Notes: generated by a model not told the origin, from the letters alone. A DNA stretch of 64,000 nt from an archaeon (GCA_004212155.1 RXIG01000019.1:40892-104891); one strand, 5' to 3'. Counted from the first letter of the stretch, positions 8,173 to 18,445 are shown. Translations and numbers: made by a program.

Positions 8173-9614
8173 TGTGGGGAAGAGGTGCCTTTCCCATAAT
8201 GGAGTGCGTCTTTTCTGCATGCGGTAAGGCATTTCCCGCATGCTATGCACTCGCCGGAGCCGGTGACAAGGTCTCTTCCCATGGGACACGCCCTGTTACA
8301 CGCCTTGCACCCAACGCACGAACCTTTTTTCACTCGAACATTATATATCGAGAGCTTCTCCGTTGCCCATAACAACGCGCCGAGAGGACAGGCAATCCTG
8401 CAAAATCCCCGTTCGATGAATAGTGACGAGATGATTAGCAGGATGGTCAGGCCCCCGAGGACACCCCACTGGAATCTTCGTACAAAGATGAAGTAGAAGG
8501 GATCGTATTCACAAAACACTGCTCGGGCTTGTGCGATGGCATAGAAAAGCATTGTCCCAAGGACGAGGAACTTGATGTAGTGTGCCCACCTTGGCACTTT
8601 CCGTGGTGTACGAATTTTGAATGCACGCCTGCCGCCATCGTAGAGGAATTTCTGTACGGCACCAAAAAAACAGACCCATCCGCAAAATATCCTGCCAAAA
8701 AGCAATGATGTGAAGATCGGGATGATGACCAGTATGATCCAGTGAATGGGGATCACATCGACGACGAACGGCTGCGCGATGGCGCCTAAATGGCACATGC
8801 AGCCCTCGAGGTACAGACCGAAGTATGCAAGGCTTGCCGCAAGGGTGAGGTAGCGGGCACGGTATCGCGCCTTGATGAAGAGCAACGCGGATGTGATGAG
8901 CAGCAGCACCAACACTGCATCTCGAACATAAAACGAGAAGTCAAACACCACTGGGTTGTTCGAATCGTCAGCTGCGGGATGTGCATCGTAATAGAGACCT
9001 TCCAACGTTTCTCTGATGACGTGTTTATCAATGCCGTACGTTCGCCATAACTGGTCCATTGTCATCGGAGAGTCGGCTTCGATCCCAAAAGCGTTCATGA
9101 CATCATCGATTGGTATCCCATAGGTCTGGGCAACCTCAACGATCGTCATCGTGCGTATCTTCGACCACGAAAAGAAAAAGACCTCATCAGGCGCCCCGTC
9201 TGACGGTGGCAATGGCGCGCCACCCACGCTAAAGGGCATGCTCTTTTCTATCAATCCATATCGCGAACAATCACGTGTGACGGTGATATGCCCTGTACCT
9301 TCCTCGCTGCCTGTAAGAGTAAACGTCTTCTCGTACATAGTGGGGGATACTTGTTGCCATGTTGACGTTCCTATCACCTGGAGCTGATTAGGGATGGCGA
9401 TCTCCGTATCGTCAATATCGAGGGGGCAGTTGGCATGGATGATGACGATCGTGACAGAAAGCGTTGCCTCTTCGCCGATGTCAAGTTCCAAAGAGGCTGG
9501 TTCGAAGAGAATTTCCCGATCTGCCAGGTCATCAAGCCCGCACGTGATGGTGGTGTGCAAAGGAGAAAAGAACACCAAAAGGAGCACGATTGCAAAAAGT
9601 GCCGCGTTTTTCAT
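8166..9614 (-). CDS. Membrane 4Fe-4S binding protein (NapH/NosR-like polyferredoxin) with extracellular N-terminal domain
   Basis: Signal peptide; GRIFCGWVCFFG, FCRIACPLG, CVGCKACNRACP, CIACGKCLTAC. Confidence 0.8.
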   Translation of the reverse strand: MKNAALFAIVLLLVFFSPLHTTITCGLDDLADREILFEPASLELDIGEEATLSVTIVIIHANCPLDIDDTEIAIPNQLQVIGTSTWQQVSPTMYEKTFTLTGSEEGTGHITVTRDCSRYGLIEKSMPFSVGGAPLPPSDGAPDEVFFFSWSKIRTMTIVEVAQTYGIPIDDVMNAFGIEADSPMTMDQLWRTYGIDKHVIRETLEGLYYDAHPAADDSNNPVVFDFSFYVRDAVLVLLLITSALLFIKARYRARYLTLAASLAYFGLYLEGCMCHLGAIAQPFVVDVIPIHWIILVIIPIFTSLLFGRIFCGWVCFFGAVQKFLYDGGRRAFKIRTPRKVPRWAHYIKFLVLGTMLFYAIAQARAVFCEYDPFYFIFVRRFQWGVLGGLTILLIISSLFIERGFCRIACPLGALLWATEKLSIYNVRVKKGSCVGCKACNRACPMGRDLVTGSGECIACGKCLTACRKDALHYGKGTSSPHH

Positions 9615-9649
9615 ACAATGCCCCTTCTGGTTATCGCCGCATCGCCAGG

Positions 9650-10150
9650 CTACACTTCAAAGACGTCGATTGCGCCAGTATCGTCGAAGATATGGAAGGT
9701 GATCACGCGATCATCCTCGTAGGCGAGCTCGAACTCCGTATTGTCGCGAACGTGGCAATAAAGAGGATAGATATACTGTACATCGCCCTTGTAGATGCGA
9801 AACGTGTCATGTGTCGTCCTGATGACAAAATCCTCGTCCTCCGGCAGGTATCGTATCCTGACCACATCCTCAGGATCCACGGACGATATGCCCGGAGCGT
9901 ACTTCTCAAGCCGCGTGAGATTCGTGCCATGCACAAGGTCCGAGTAGAGCATCTTGCATATGGCGACGTTGCGGTAATAGTTCTCAGGGCGTTTATCCTC
10001 GCGTATGAGCCGATAGCGCCGCCTGTACTCAAACGCATCGTCTTCAGGAACGTACTGCTCGATGGTCCTCCCTTCAGGCGTATGGTTCTTGATGTGCTCT
10101 ATGATCTCGGAGATGTCACCAAGGATAACGGTGTGCTGTGGCTGCGCCAT
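9650..10150 (-). CDS. Hypothetical protein
   Basis: 166 aa with protein-like composition; TATA-like TTTTTAATTAAA about 20-30 nt upstream. Confidence 0.65.
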   Translation of the reverse strand: MAQPQHTVILGDISEIIEHIKNHTPEGRTIEQYVPEDDAFEYRRRYRLIREDKRPENYYRNVAICKMLYSDLVHGTNLTRLEKYAPGISSVDPEDVVRIRYLPEDEDFVIRTTHDTFRIYKGDVQYIYPLYCHVRDNTEFELAYEDDRVITFHIFDDTGAIDVFEV

Positions 10151-10376
10151 ACGATAAGGTAGCGCTTTAATTAAAAATAGTTTTGGTTCGATTGGCGAGG
10201 CACATGAGAATGAAATGTCCTAGGCCTGCCAGAATCAGCAACGGGCGGCAATTCAAGTAATATTTATAAGTGCCGCATGAGATGATTAAATGCATGCGTT
10301 GGGCCTTAGAGGTTATCAACATAGTTTCCGACTCTCGAGGGTCCTTCGCATGCTCTCAGACTCACAAGGCGATGTC

Positions 10377-11297
10377 ATGAACAGGTTCAAGGGAAGGGAC
10401 TTCATCAGTTTGAAGGATTATACTCGCGAAGAGCTCTACTTCTATTTCCATACTGCAGAACACATGAAATCCCAGACGAAAGCGGACGTGTTCGTGTCGG
10501 CGTTGAGTGGGAGGACGCTCGCCATGGTCTTCCAGAAGCCCTCACTTCGAACTCGCGCATCGTTTGATATAGGCATGCACCAGCTCGGCGGTCATGCGCT
10601 CTATCTCGGACCGGATGAGATACAGCTTGGCAAGCGAGAGGCGATAAGGGACGTGGCATCGGTGCTTGACCGCTATGCCGACGGCATCATGGCGCGCGTA
10701 TTCGCACATGATGACATACTGGAGCTTGCCACCCATGCACGCGTACCAGTCATCAACGGCCTCTCCGACCTGCTCCACCCATGCCAGGCGCTTGCAGACT
10801 ACCTCACGATGTTTGAGCGATTCGGCTCGCTCGAGGATCTGAGGCTAGCATACATTGGCGATGGCAACAACGTCTGTCATTCATTGCTCTACGGCGCGCG
10901 GATCTTTGGCATGTCGATGCGTATCGCAACACCCAAAGGCTACGCTCCCGACAACACGATCCTCGAAGAAAACGAGGAGGCGGGACTGGACGTCATGCTC
11001 ACCAACGACCCGGGCGAAGCGGCAAGGAAAGCGGACGTCGTATACACGGATAGTTGGGTGTCAATGGGACAGGAAAAGGACCAGGAGCGCCGCGAAAAGG
11101 ACTTTTCAGGATTTACCATAGACACATCGCTGCTCGAGGGCGCCGACCCGAACCATGTTGTGATGCACTGCCTTCCGGCCCACAGGGGAAAGGAGATTAC
11201 AAACGAGGTCATAGACGGCCCCCACTCGATCGTTTTCGACCAGGCTGAGAACAGGCTGCACGCCCAAAAGGCGGTGCTGGCACTCAATCTGCGCTGA
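10377..11297 (+). CDS. argF: Ornithine carbamoyltransferase
   Basis: FQKPSLRTRASF, HPCQALAD, GDGNNV, WVSMG, HCLP, QAENRLH; start set at MNRFKG. Confidence 0.93.
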   Translation: MNRFKGRDFISLKDYTREELYFYFHTAEHMKSQTKADVFVSALSGRTLAMVFQKPSLRTRASFDIGMHQLGGHALYLGPDEIQLGKREAIRDVASVLDRYADGIMARVFAHDDILELATHARVPVINGLSDLLHPCQALADYLTMFERFGSLEDLRLAYIGDGNNVCHSLLYGARIFGMSMRIATPKGYAPDNTILEENEEAGLDVMLTNDPGEAARKADVVYTDSWVSMGQEKDQERREKDFSGFTIDTSLLEGADPNHVVMHCLPAHRGKEITNEVIDGPHSIVFDQAENRLHAQKAVLALNLR

Positions 11298-11298
11298 T

Positions 11299-12210
11299 AT
11301 GGGGGAGGGTGACATGATGCCCTCTTACGTCACATCACTGCAGGATGGAAGCTTCGAATCTAAGCGACATGCTCTTGAACACACCCTTGCCAACTGCACA
11401 TTGTGTCCCCGGGAGTGTGGTGTCGATCGCACGGCGGGAGAACGGGGTTACTGCAATGCTGATGTAAGGATGAAGATAGCGTCGTGGGGGGCCCACCACG
11501 GCGAGGAGTCGCCTCTTGTCGGCACGCACGGGTCTGGCACGATCTTCCTTTCACACTGCCCGCTTCGATGCATCTACTGCCAAAATCATGACATAAGCAT
11601 CGAGGGGCACGGCGTGCACTGTTCAATCGATGACGCTGCATCGATGATGCTACACCTCCAAGGCCAAGGATGCCACAACATCAACCTTGTTACCCCCACT
11701 CATTACACACCGCAACTGGTGGGTGCCGTTGGCATCGCTGCGCACCAGGGACTAAGGCTCCCCCTGGTGTGGAATTGTGGAGGATACGAATCCTTTGCCA
11801 CCATACGCAATCTTGACGGTATCGTCGACATCTACATGCCCGATGTCAAGTATGCCAGCACCGAGCTGGCAACGGCATATTCCGACGCACCGGACTACTT
11901 TGAACGGTGCATTGAATCGCTGTATGAGATGCACGATCAGGTAGGCGACCTCGTGGTAGAAAACGGTCTTGCAACACGAGGGCTTCTCATACGCCATCTC
12001 GTGCTCCCGGGGCATGTCGATGACAGTAAATGCGTCGTCGATGCCGTGGCAGAGCTATCGGACGACAGTTACCTCAACATCATGGAACAATATAGGCCAT
12101 GTCACCATGCGTCTTGCTATCCCGGAATGGATAGGCACGTCATGGACAAAGAAGTTAGAGAGGTGCGTGCATACGCACGCGAGCGTGGGTTGCGGAGAAC
12201 GACGACATGA
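11299..12210 (+). CDS. Radical SAM protein, PflX family
   Basis: CTLCPRECGVDR N-terminal cluster; CPLRCIYCQN; HNINLVTPTHY; RHLVLPG. True start may be 11314 or 11317. Confidence 0.85.
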   Translation: MGEGDMMPSYVTSLQDGSFESKRHALEHTLANCTLCPRECGVDRTAGERGYCNADVRMKIASWGAHHGEESPLVGTHGSGTIFLSHCPLRCIYCQNHDISIEGHGVHCSIDDAASMMLHLQGQGCHNINLVTPTHYTPQLVGAVGIAAHQGLRLPLVWNCGGYESFATIRNLDGIVDIYMPDVKYASTELATAYSDAPDYFERCIESLYEMHDQVGDLVVENGLATRGLLIRHLVLPGHVDDSKCVVDAVAELSDDSYLNIMEQYRPCHHASCYPGMDRHVMDKEVREVRAYARERGLRRTTT

Positions 12211-13686
12211 TCATATGCTTTGCCGCAGCGCTTCGAGGCGGCGTTCGACGAATTCGAGGATCTGTGTCGCCTGCTGGGCCTCCTCCTTGGAGATCATATC
12301 GTTCCTGACAAGATTGTAGAACATCTCGAGCAGGCTTTGATATTTTTCATACAATGAGAAGTACTGGGCTGGTGAAGCGGCGTTGACCGTCTCGGTGAAG
12401 ACGCGAAGGTCCTTGAGATACTCCTTCCAGAACGTGCGAACACCAAGGTATTCCTCCTTTTGCTTCTCCTCGCTCTCCCTGCGCTTTCGCTGCCGTTCGT
12501 CCTGGTACCTCGTCCGAGACTGTACGAGCTTCTCCTTGCAGCGATAGAGCTGGTTCTTCGTCTTGGCCAGCTCGTTCTTGTCAAGCTTGTCCTCGATGAC
12601 CTTGTAGTGCGAGACGAGGTCCTGGTACTCGCTGTGAAGTGTATCATAGTCCTTCTTGTCTGCTTGCGAGAGGAACTGGCGCATCCTGTCATCAAGTGTT
12701 TCTGCGACCTCTTGCGTCCGTTCGCCCTCGACGACGGAAAGGATGCGGCGCTCGAACTCCGAAAGCCGCTTTGACACGATCATCTCATAGGTGGGGTTTC
12801 CCTCTGGAAGCTCCTTCCTGCGCTCAAGCAGGAGGTTGTAGTCATACTGTGCGCGCTCGGGATCCTTAGCTATCTGTTGTCTGGTGTAGCGCCTCAAAGC
12901 CTTGTCCATCTCCAGGAGGTACTCCTCAAGCACTTCCTTGTACTCCCTTTTCTGGACCGTCTGTTCTGCCTTTGACACGAGCTCGCGCATTACCTCTAGG
13001 TTACGTTCTATCCTGCCGCGCGTCTCGAAATCGATCGAATATGGCAACCGCGCCGCAGCCTTCTCCAAAAAGGAAAGGGCTAGTTTTGACTGATCAAGAT
13101 TCTGCTCCACAAAAGCGGGAGAATACTTCTTCACGACATCCTCGGTCTGATGCAGGAGCTCTTGTGCCCGTTCCTGTGGCGTTCTCCTTTGGGGATGCTT
13201 CTCCTTGACAGGTTCCTCAGGGTGCTGGGTGGCTTGCGCCTGTACGGCCCCCGCAGGAGGGGCGTCGGCCGTATCGCCACCAGACGCTTCGACAGCCTCG
13301 GTAGCTCGCGGCGAGGGCTCGCCAGATCCTACGGATGGCCCGATAGGCTGTTTATCCACTCCTTCTGAGAAGGTTGCGTCGGTCGGGTCCTCATGGAGCT
13401 CTTCGCCGGCCTGAGTAGGCTTCGACGAAGATGCCATGGAAGTAAGCGATTCCGGGGCTTTTTCCGCCCCTTGCCCTTTCTCGTCCTGGACCGCGGCGTT
13501 CACGTCATCATGGGGGGCCTCGTCGACCTGGGCGGACTTTGACAAGGATTCATCTGACACGTCACTTGGCGCCTGGGAAGCATCCTCGCTTCCCAATCTG
13601 CGCTCCTTTTCCTCCAACTCTTCCTGTTCCTTGACTACCGTCTCGAGGTATTCACGAATGTTTTGAGCAGATTGCTTGGCCATCAA
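12211..13686 (-). CDS. Hypothetical protein: acidic disordered N-terminus and helical/coiled-coil C-terminus
   Basis: 491 aa ORF; AGGTG RBS and TATA upstream. Confidence 0.7.
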   Translation of the reverse strand: MMAKQSAQNIREYLETVVKEQEELEEKERRLGSEDASQAPSDVSDESLSKSAQVDEAPHDDVNAAVQDEKGQGAEKAPESLTSMASSSKPTQAGEELHEDPTDATFSEGVDKQPIGPSVGSGEPSPRATEAVEASGGDTADAPPAGAVQAQATQHPEEPVKEKHPQRRTPQERAQELLHQTEDVVKKYSPAFVEQNLDQSKLALSFLEKAAARLPYSIDFETRGRIERNLEVMRELVSKAEQTVQKREYKEVLEEYLLEMDKALRRYTRQQIAKDPERAQYDYNLLLERRKELPEGNPTYEMIVSKRLSEFERRILSVVEGERTQEVAETLDDRMRQFLSQADKKDYDTLHSEYQDLVSHYKVIEDKLDKNELAKTKNQLYRCKEKLVQSRTRYQDERQRKRRESEEKQKEEYLGVRTFWKEYLKDLRVFTETVNAASPAQYFSLYEKYQSLLEMFYNLVRNDMISKEEAQQATQILEFVERRLEALRQSI

Positions 13687-13894
13687 CGCACACCTTTAGC
13701 TTATTTTCACATGTGATTTATATATAGTTTTCTATAACGGGGGAATTACGACCGTAATACCTTTTGAAAATGGATTAATCAGATTATTTCACATGAATGT
13801 CCGCCGATTTGGCTTGGGTGAAACGGCCATTTCGGCAACAATGAAATAATAAAAAGCATTTTAAATGCATGAATCATTCTCTGTAGTGGTATCG

Positions 13895-15553
13895 ATGGAA
13901 TTTTCAGAGATTTGCGAGCATTTCGAACAACTCGAACAGACATCGAGCAGATTGGAAAAGACTGGCATCGTCACATCGCTTCTTACACGTGCTCACAAGG
14001 ACGAGATACCCATCATCGTTCAACTCATTTTGGGCAGCGTCTTTCCTACCTGGTCCACGGAGAAGGTGGGCGTGGGAGAGAAGCTTCTCATCAAGGTCGT
14101 AGCGGACGTCACAGGCCTCACGGAAGGTGCAATACTCGGTTATCTCAAGGATACGGGAGATGTGGGCCGTGCGGTCGAACAGGCCATGGAAAATAAGAAA
14201 CAGGTCATGTTCCTTACCGAGGACCTTTCGCTCTCACGCGTCTATGACGACCTTACAAAGATATCGCAATACGAAGGCAAGCGAAGCCAGGACAAGAAGC
14301 TCAAGATACTTGCAGGATTGCTTACGAACGCATCCCCGCTCGAGGCGCGCTACCTTTCACGCATCGTTGTCGAGAAGATGCGCACCGGCGTTGCAGAAGG
14401 GACAGTGCGCGATGGCATCGCACGTGCGTTCGGTGTGCCAAGCGACGTGGTCGAGAAGGCGTTTATGGTCTCAAACGACATGGGGCTCGTGGCAAAAAAG
14501 GCATGCGAGGGCAAAGAGGCACTCTCGACGCTCTCGCTCATGCTGTTTCGACCGATCAAGATGATGGCGGCGCAGAAGGTGTCGACCATCGAGGAGGGGT
14601 TCGAGATCGTAGGCACCCCTTGCGCCGTCGAGTACAAATACGACGGCTTCAGGATGCAGATACACAAGGAAGGCTCGAAGGTGCACATCTTCACCCGAAG
14701 GCTCGAGGACGTGACGCGCCAGTTCAGGGACGTTGTCGATGTCGTGCGCGAAAACATCGCGGGCGACTGCATCATCGAAGCAGAGACCATAGGCATCGCC
14801 GAGGACGGCCGATGGCTCCCCTTCCAGCAGATATCCCGGCGCATAAAGCGAAAATACGACATCGATGAGATAATAGACAAGATCCCCGTAATGACCAACG
14901 TCTTTGATGTACTCTACCTCGATGGCAAGAGCATGATAGACGAGCCGTTCAAAACCCGCCGCCAAAGGCTTGAGAAGATCGTCACGAGCGTCCCGCGAAA
15001 GCTCGTGCTCTCCAAGATGATCATCACCGACGACGCTAAGGAGGCGCGCACCTTCTTCTCCGAATCGCTTTCCCTGGGCAACGAGGGCGTTATGCTCAAG
15101 AACCTCTCTAGCCCATACACGCCCGGGTTGCGCGTTGGCCACATGCTCAAGCTGAAGTCGGTACTGGAGAGCCTCGACTGCATCGTGATAGGGGCGGAGT
15201 GGGGCACGGGACGGCGAGCCCACTATCTTGGTTCGTTCCACCTTGCAGTGCTCGATGAGAACAACATGCCCGTCATGTTAGGGAAGGTGGCAACAGGCAT
15301 CACCGACGAGATGCTCGAAACACTGACCGAGCGCCTTCGCCCACTGATCGAGTATGAGGAGGGGAAGATGGCGCACATCAAGGCCGACCTCGTCGTCGAG
15401 GTGGCCTACGAGGAGATCCAAAAGAGCCCTCACTACGAGAGCGGATTCGCGCTACGATTCCCACGACTCATACGGATGAGGGAGGACAAGGGACCTGAGG
15501 ACGCGGACACGATCGAACGCGTATATGATATTTATGAAAGCGACATGCTATGA
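13895..15553 (+). CDS. lig: ATP-dependent DNA ligase
   Basis: EYKYDGFRMQIHK adenylation motif, EGVMLK, LRFPRL; start MEFSEIC after GTGG. Confidence 0.95.
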   Translation: MEFSEICEHFEQLEQTSSRLEKTGIVTSLLTRAHKDEIPIIVQLILGSVFPTWSTEKVGVGEKLLIKVVADVTGLTEGAILGYLKDTGDVGRAVEQAMENKKQVMFLTEDLSLSRVYDDLTKISQYEGKRSQDKKLKILAGLLTNASPLEARYLSRIVVEKMRTGVAEGTVRDGIARAFGVPSDVVEKAFMVSNDMGLVAKKACEGKEALSTLSLMLFRPIKMMAAQKVSTIEEGFEIVGTPCAVEYKYDGFRMQIHKEGSKVHIFTRRLEDVTRQFRDVVDVVRENIAGDCIIEAETIGIAEDGRWLPFQQISRRIKRKYDIDEIIDKIPVMTNVFDVLYLDGKSMIDEPFKTRRQRLEKIVTSVPRKLVLSKMIITDDAKEARTFFSESLSLGNEGVMLKNLSSPYTPGLRVGHMLKLKSVLESLDCIVIGAEWGTGRRAHYLGSFHLAVLDENNMPVMLGKVATGITDEMLETLTERLRPLIEYEEGKMAHIKADLVVEVAYEEIQKSPHYESGFALRFPRLIRMREDKGPEDADTIERVYDIYESDML

Positions 15554-15562
15554 TACAACGAG

Positions 15563-16039
15563 GTGAAAGATATGGAACGCATTCAGGACCTGTTTGATGA
15601 TACGACCGCCACGTGCATCGCAGACATCTACGAGGGCGTCGCGAACGAGCGACAGGCCGAAAGGGCGCTTGATGCTCTCGAAAAGATAGAGGGGACGATA
15701 AACGATGCTGAGGCAGCATTTGACCGCAAGGAACTCGACCCCATCCTCAAGGAAAACATCGCTAAGCAACTGGAAAATGCCAAAAAGACCACACTCACGC
15801 TCAAGCGCTTCCTGGAGGATGCGCAGGGAGTGGGCGCAACGATCGATCAGCAGCAGGCGAGACGAGACGCATCATCGCTGCACCTGATACTAAACGCCCT
15901 GCAGCAGATTGCTGCGGAGGTCGACAGGGACTATGTCAAACGGCCCCACCTCATGCACGCCCTCCCGCCTTGTACGGGGTGCAAGACGTGCGGCGACACG
16001 TGCGAGACGGAAGATAAAGGAGAAGAGGAAAAGGATTGA
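15563..16039 (+). CDS. Hypothetical helical protein with C-terminal CxxCxxCxxxC
   Basis: 158 aa; GAGGTGA RBS (favours ATG 15572); tail CTGCKTCGDTC. Confidence 0.6.
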   Translation: MKDMERIQDLFDDTTATCIADIYEGVANERQAERALDALEKIEGTINDAEAAFDRKELDPILKENIAKQLENAKKTTLTLKRFLEDAQGVGATIDQQQARRDASSLHLILNALQQIAAEVDRDYVKRPHLMHALPPCTGCKTCGDTCETEDKGEEEKD

Positions 16040-16831
16040 TCACTCTCTTGAGCGTTTCTCCTTGCTTTCCTGTGCACGCTTTGCCACGATGTCAAGCTCG
16101 TCCTGGGACAGTTTTTCGAGCACCTCCACAGGACAGCTCGGGTTGAGCGCCACGTTTACGCGAATCTCGTAGAACTTGTCATCAGAGAGCTCAACAAGAC
16201 ATTTCAAGGGCGCGTTGGGGTTGCCTGCGACACAGTACCTCACATGCCCCTCAAGGTCCTTTGAGAGCTCAGTGAGTGTTTGTTCTGGCAGGCGCGGGTT
16301 CATCGCAACGCTGCGTCTGACATTGTAGCGTGAATCGCATGCAAGCTTCAACAACGTGTCAAGGGGGGTGTTGGGATTACGGGCCACCTTTCGCCGTACG
16401 ATCTCCTCCTTGTCATCGGCCAGCTTCTCCAGCACGTCGGCTGGCGAATTGGGATTGGCCCCTACGGCTATACGGACGTGGTCCGACTCATCGTCTGCGA
16501 AGGTGCGCAACAGATCGACGGGACAGTTCTCCTCATACGCGAGTATGCGGCGTACGAATGCCACCTGTGATGTAGAGAGCTTACGAATGAGGTCCTCGCT
16601 GAGGCTCTCCCCCTCTCGTTGCTGGTATTCGAGGATCTGATAGATGTAAGGTTCATCCTTGAGGATGACAAGCGCCTCGTCGGGCAGTGCGTCGTTCCAA
16701 GCGACGGTGGCGCGCACGTCTGGATTCTCGTCCTGGGCAAGAGCGACCAGCACGTCGGGAGGCGTGTCCTCCCCCTCGGCCAGCAGCAGTCGTTCTTCCG
16801 TATCACCCAGATCAAGTGGAGGCTTTTCCAT
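16040..16831 (-). CDS. Leucine-rich repeat variant (LRV)/HEAT-like repeat protein
   Basis: About 8 tandem 24-aa repeats, D..VRxxVAxNPNxPxxxLxxL. Confidence 0.8.
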   Translation of the reverse strand: MEKPPLDLGDTEERLLLAEGEDTPPDVLVALAQDENPDVRATVAWNDALPDEALVILKDEPYIYQILEYQQREGESLSEDLIRKLSTSQVAFVRRILAYEENCPVDLLRTFADDESDHVRIAVGANPNSPADVLEKLADDKEEIVRRKVARNPNTPLDTLLKLACDSRYNVRRSVAMNPRLPEQTLTELSKDLEGHVRYCVAGNPNAPLKCLVELSDDKFYEIRVNVALNPSCPVEVLEKLSQDELDIVAKRAQESKEKRSRE

Positions 16832-16891
16832 AATATAATCACCTTATTACAGAAAAAGGCATACACCCATTTAAATGTGTATCGTTGCCCT

Positions 16892-18445
16892 TCATGTCTT
16901 TTTCCACCATGTGTCTTGGATCGTGATGAGCGCCCATAAGCATACGAACGCATATGCCACGGCATACGGCACCGAGGGCGAAGGCACGCTGCGACTCGCA
17001 AACTCCTCATCGTCTTCACGTACGACAAGCGATAGCGATTCGGTTGCCACGACTGTATGGGTCGGGTCCGTGCCTTCGATACGGAACCGAACAAGGTAGG
17101 CCCGGAGGGGCGGAAGCTTTCGGTACGAGGTCTCAAGCGGTGCGACCTCCTTGAACATACCGTTCGTGGTGGCCCTGCCCGTGAGGGATGTCACGACGCA
17201 TGCAAGGGGCCCCGTGTCGACAAGGATGATGTCGTCGGGGGAGGTATGTTCCCGTATCGCCTCGACAATGGTGATGATGTCGTTGTTGGAGACATACGAT
17301 TGGGCGGGGATGTTACCTGTCGCAAGGCGCATGAGTGCACTTTCCTGGATGAACATGCGCCGATGCTCGATGATGTCGGTACCATCGTCGCTGTAGCCCT
17401 CCTCGTAGACGACGGCCCCGCACAATGAGAATATCATCATCACAACGATGACACCCGTACTAAGCAGCGCCCCCCGTTCAGGCATCAGGCTGGTCAGCGA
17501 TTCCAATGCCCGGTCGAGCCCAATGGCGGCCAGGATCGAAAGAGGTATGACCGCATGAAAGAAGAAACGGTGTGAATAATACGGCACGATGACCAGAAGG
17601 GAGCATACGAGGGCGGGGAAGAGGACGTATCTGCGTTGCCCCGCACGCACGAGATCGATCGATACCGCAAGTCCCAGGATCGCGAGCAGTGCAACGACGA
17701 TGTTGAGTGTCCCATACCCGACGATCGAACGAGAATGAATGAAGCCCATGTTGGTGGCGAGATGAACGCCCCACGGTATGAAGAGAACGTATGCCAGCGC
17801 CAACGACCTCACGATCGATCGACGGGCGGTGCTGTCGATTGCCGCCCATGCAAGAAGCGGGACCACGCAGATGTGAGGGAGACTGAGATGCGTATAGAAC
17901 GCTCCCGATAGCAGCAATGCAGCGGCAATCCATCTTCCGCGATGGATGCAAAGGTATGACAGCAATATGAAGACGTAAGCGAGACTCGAAGGCATCAGGT
18001 AGGAAGATTTGTACATAAACATCCACAGCGAAGCGGTAAAAAGCGTTGCAAGGAATGCGCTGCGCGCCCCGTAGAACGAATATGTCACGTATGCCACCAC
18101 GATGAGCGTGAGAGGATAGACGGATGCGCTAGAACCCTGTGCTATCGACAGTGGGGAAATGCCGATGGCAAACGGTATGGAAAGGAGCACGGGAAACAGG
18201 GGCGGATAGAGCAAAGGCCGCCCCCACGGTGCGAACTGTAACGAATCCCACGACGTGATCCCGCCAGCGGCATCAAAGAGTCGCATGATGGAGAGATGAT
18301 AGTACGGGTCGATGAAGAGGGGATAATGGGATATCCGAACGAGGGTAAGGAGCATGATGGCCAATATGAGGACGATTGTGGCGGCAACATAGCTGTTGCC
18401 AGGTATTGCCATTGAAGGGAGCATCCCTCTCTCACGCGAACGCAT
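16892..18445 (-). CDS. Polytopic membrane protein, probable GT-C fold glycosyltransferase
   Basis: IDPYYHL in the first external loop, YPPLF, about 12 TM, external C-terminal domain, final TM. Confidence 0.6.
   Translation of the reverse strand: MRSRERGMLPSMAIPGNSYVAATIVLILAIMLLTLVRISHYPLFIDPYYHLSIMRLFDAAGGITSWDSLQFAPWGRPLLYPPLFPVLLSIPFAIGISPLSIAQGSSASVYPLTLIVVAYVTYSFYGARSAFLATLFTASLWMFMYKSSYLMPSSLAYVFILLSYLCIHRGRWIAAALLLSGAFYTHLSLPHICVVPLLAWAAIDSTARRSIVRSLALAYVLFIPWGVHLATNMGFIHSRSIVGYGTLNIVVALLAILGLAVSIDLVRAGQRRYVLFPALVCSLLVIVPYYSHRFFFHAVIPLSILAAIGLDRALESLTSLMPERGALLSTGVIVVMMIFSLCGAVVYEEGYSDDGTDIIEHRRMFIQESALMRLATGNIPAQSYVSNNDIITIVEAIREHTSPDDIILVDTGPLACVVTSLTGRATTNGMFKEVAPLETSYRKLPPLRAYLVRFRIEGTDPTHTVVATESLSLVVREDDEEFASRSVPSPSVPYAVAYAFVCLWALITIQDTWWKKT

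Noticed and set aside
10377-11297. SLRT in place of STRT, suggesting acetyl- or succinyl-ornithine transcarbamylase
   Set aside because: SMG and HCLP ornithine-binding motifs are canonical and SLRT also occurs in ordinary OTCases
16040-16831. Possible DNA tandem repeat or CRISPR-like periodicity
   Set aside because: The 72-nt period is a protein-level LRV repeat with diverged DNA; no repeat-spacer array seen anywhere in the window
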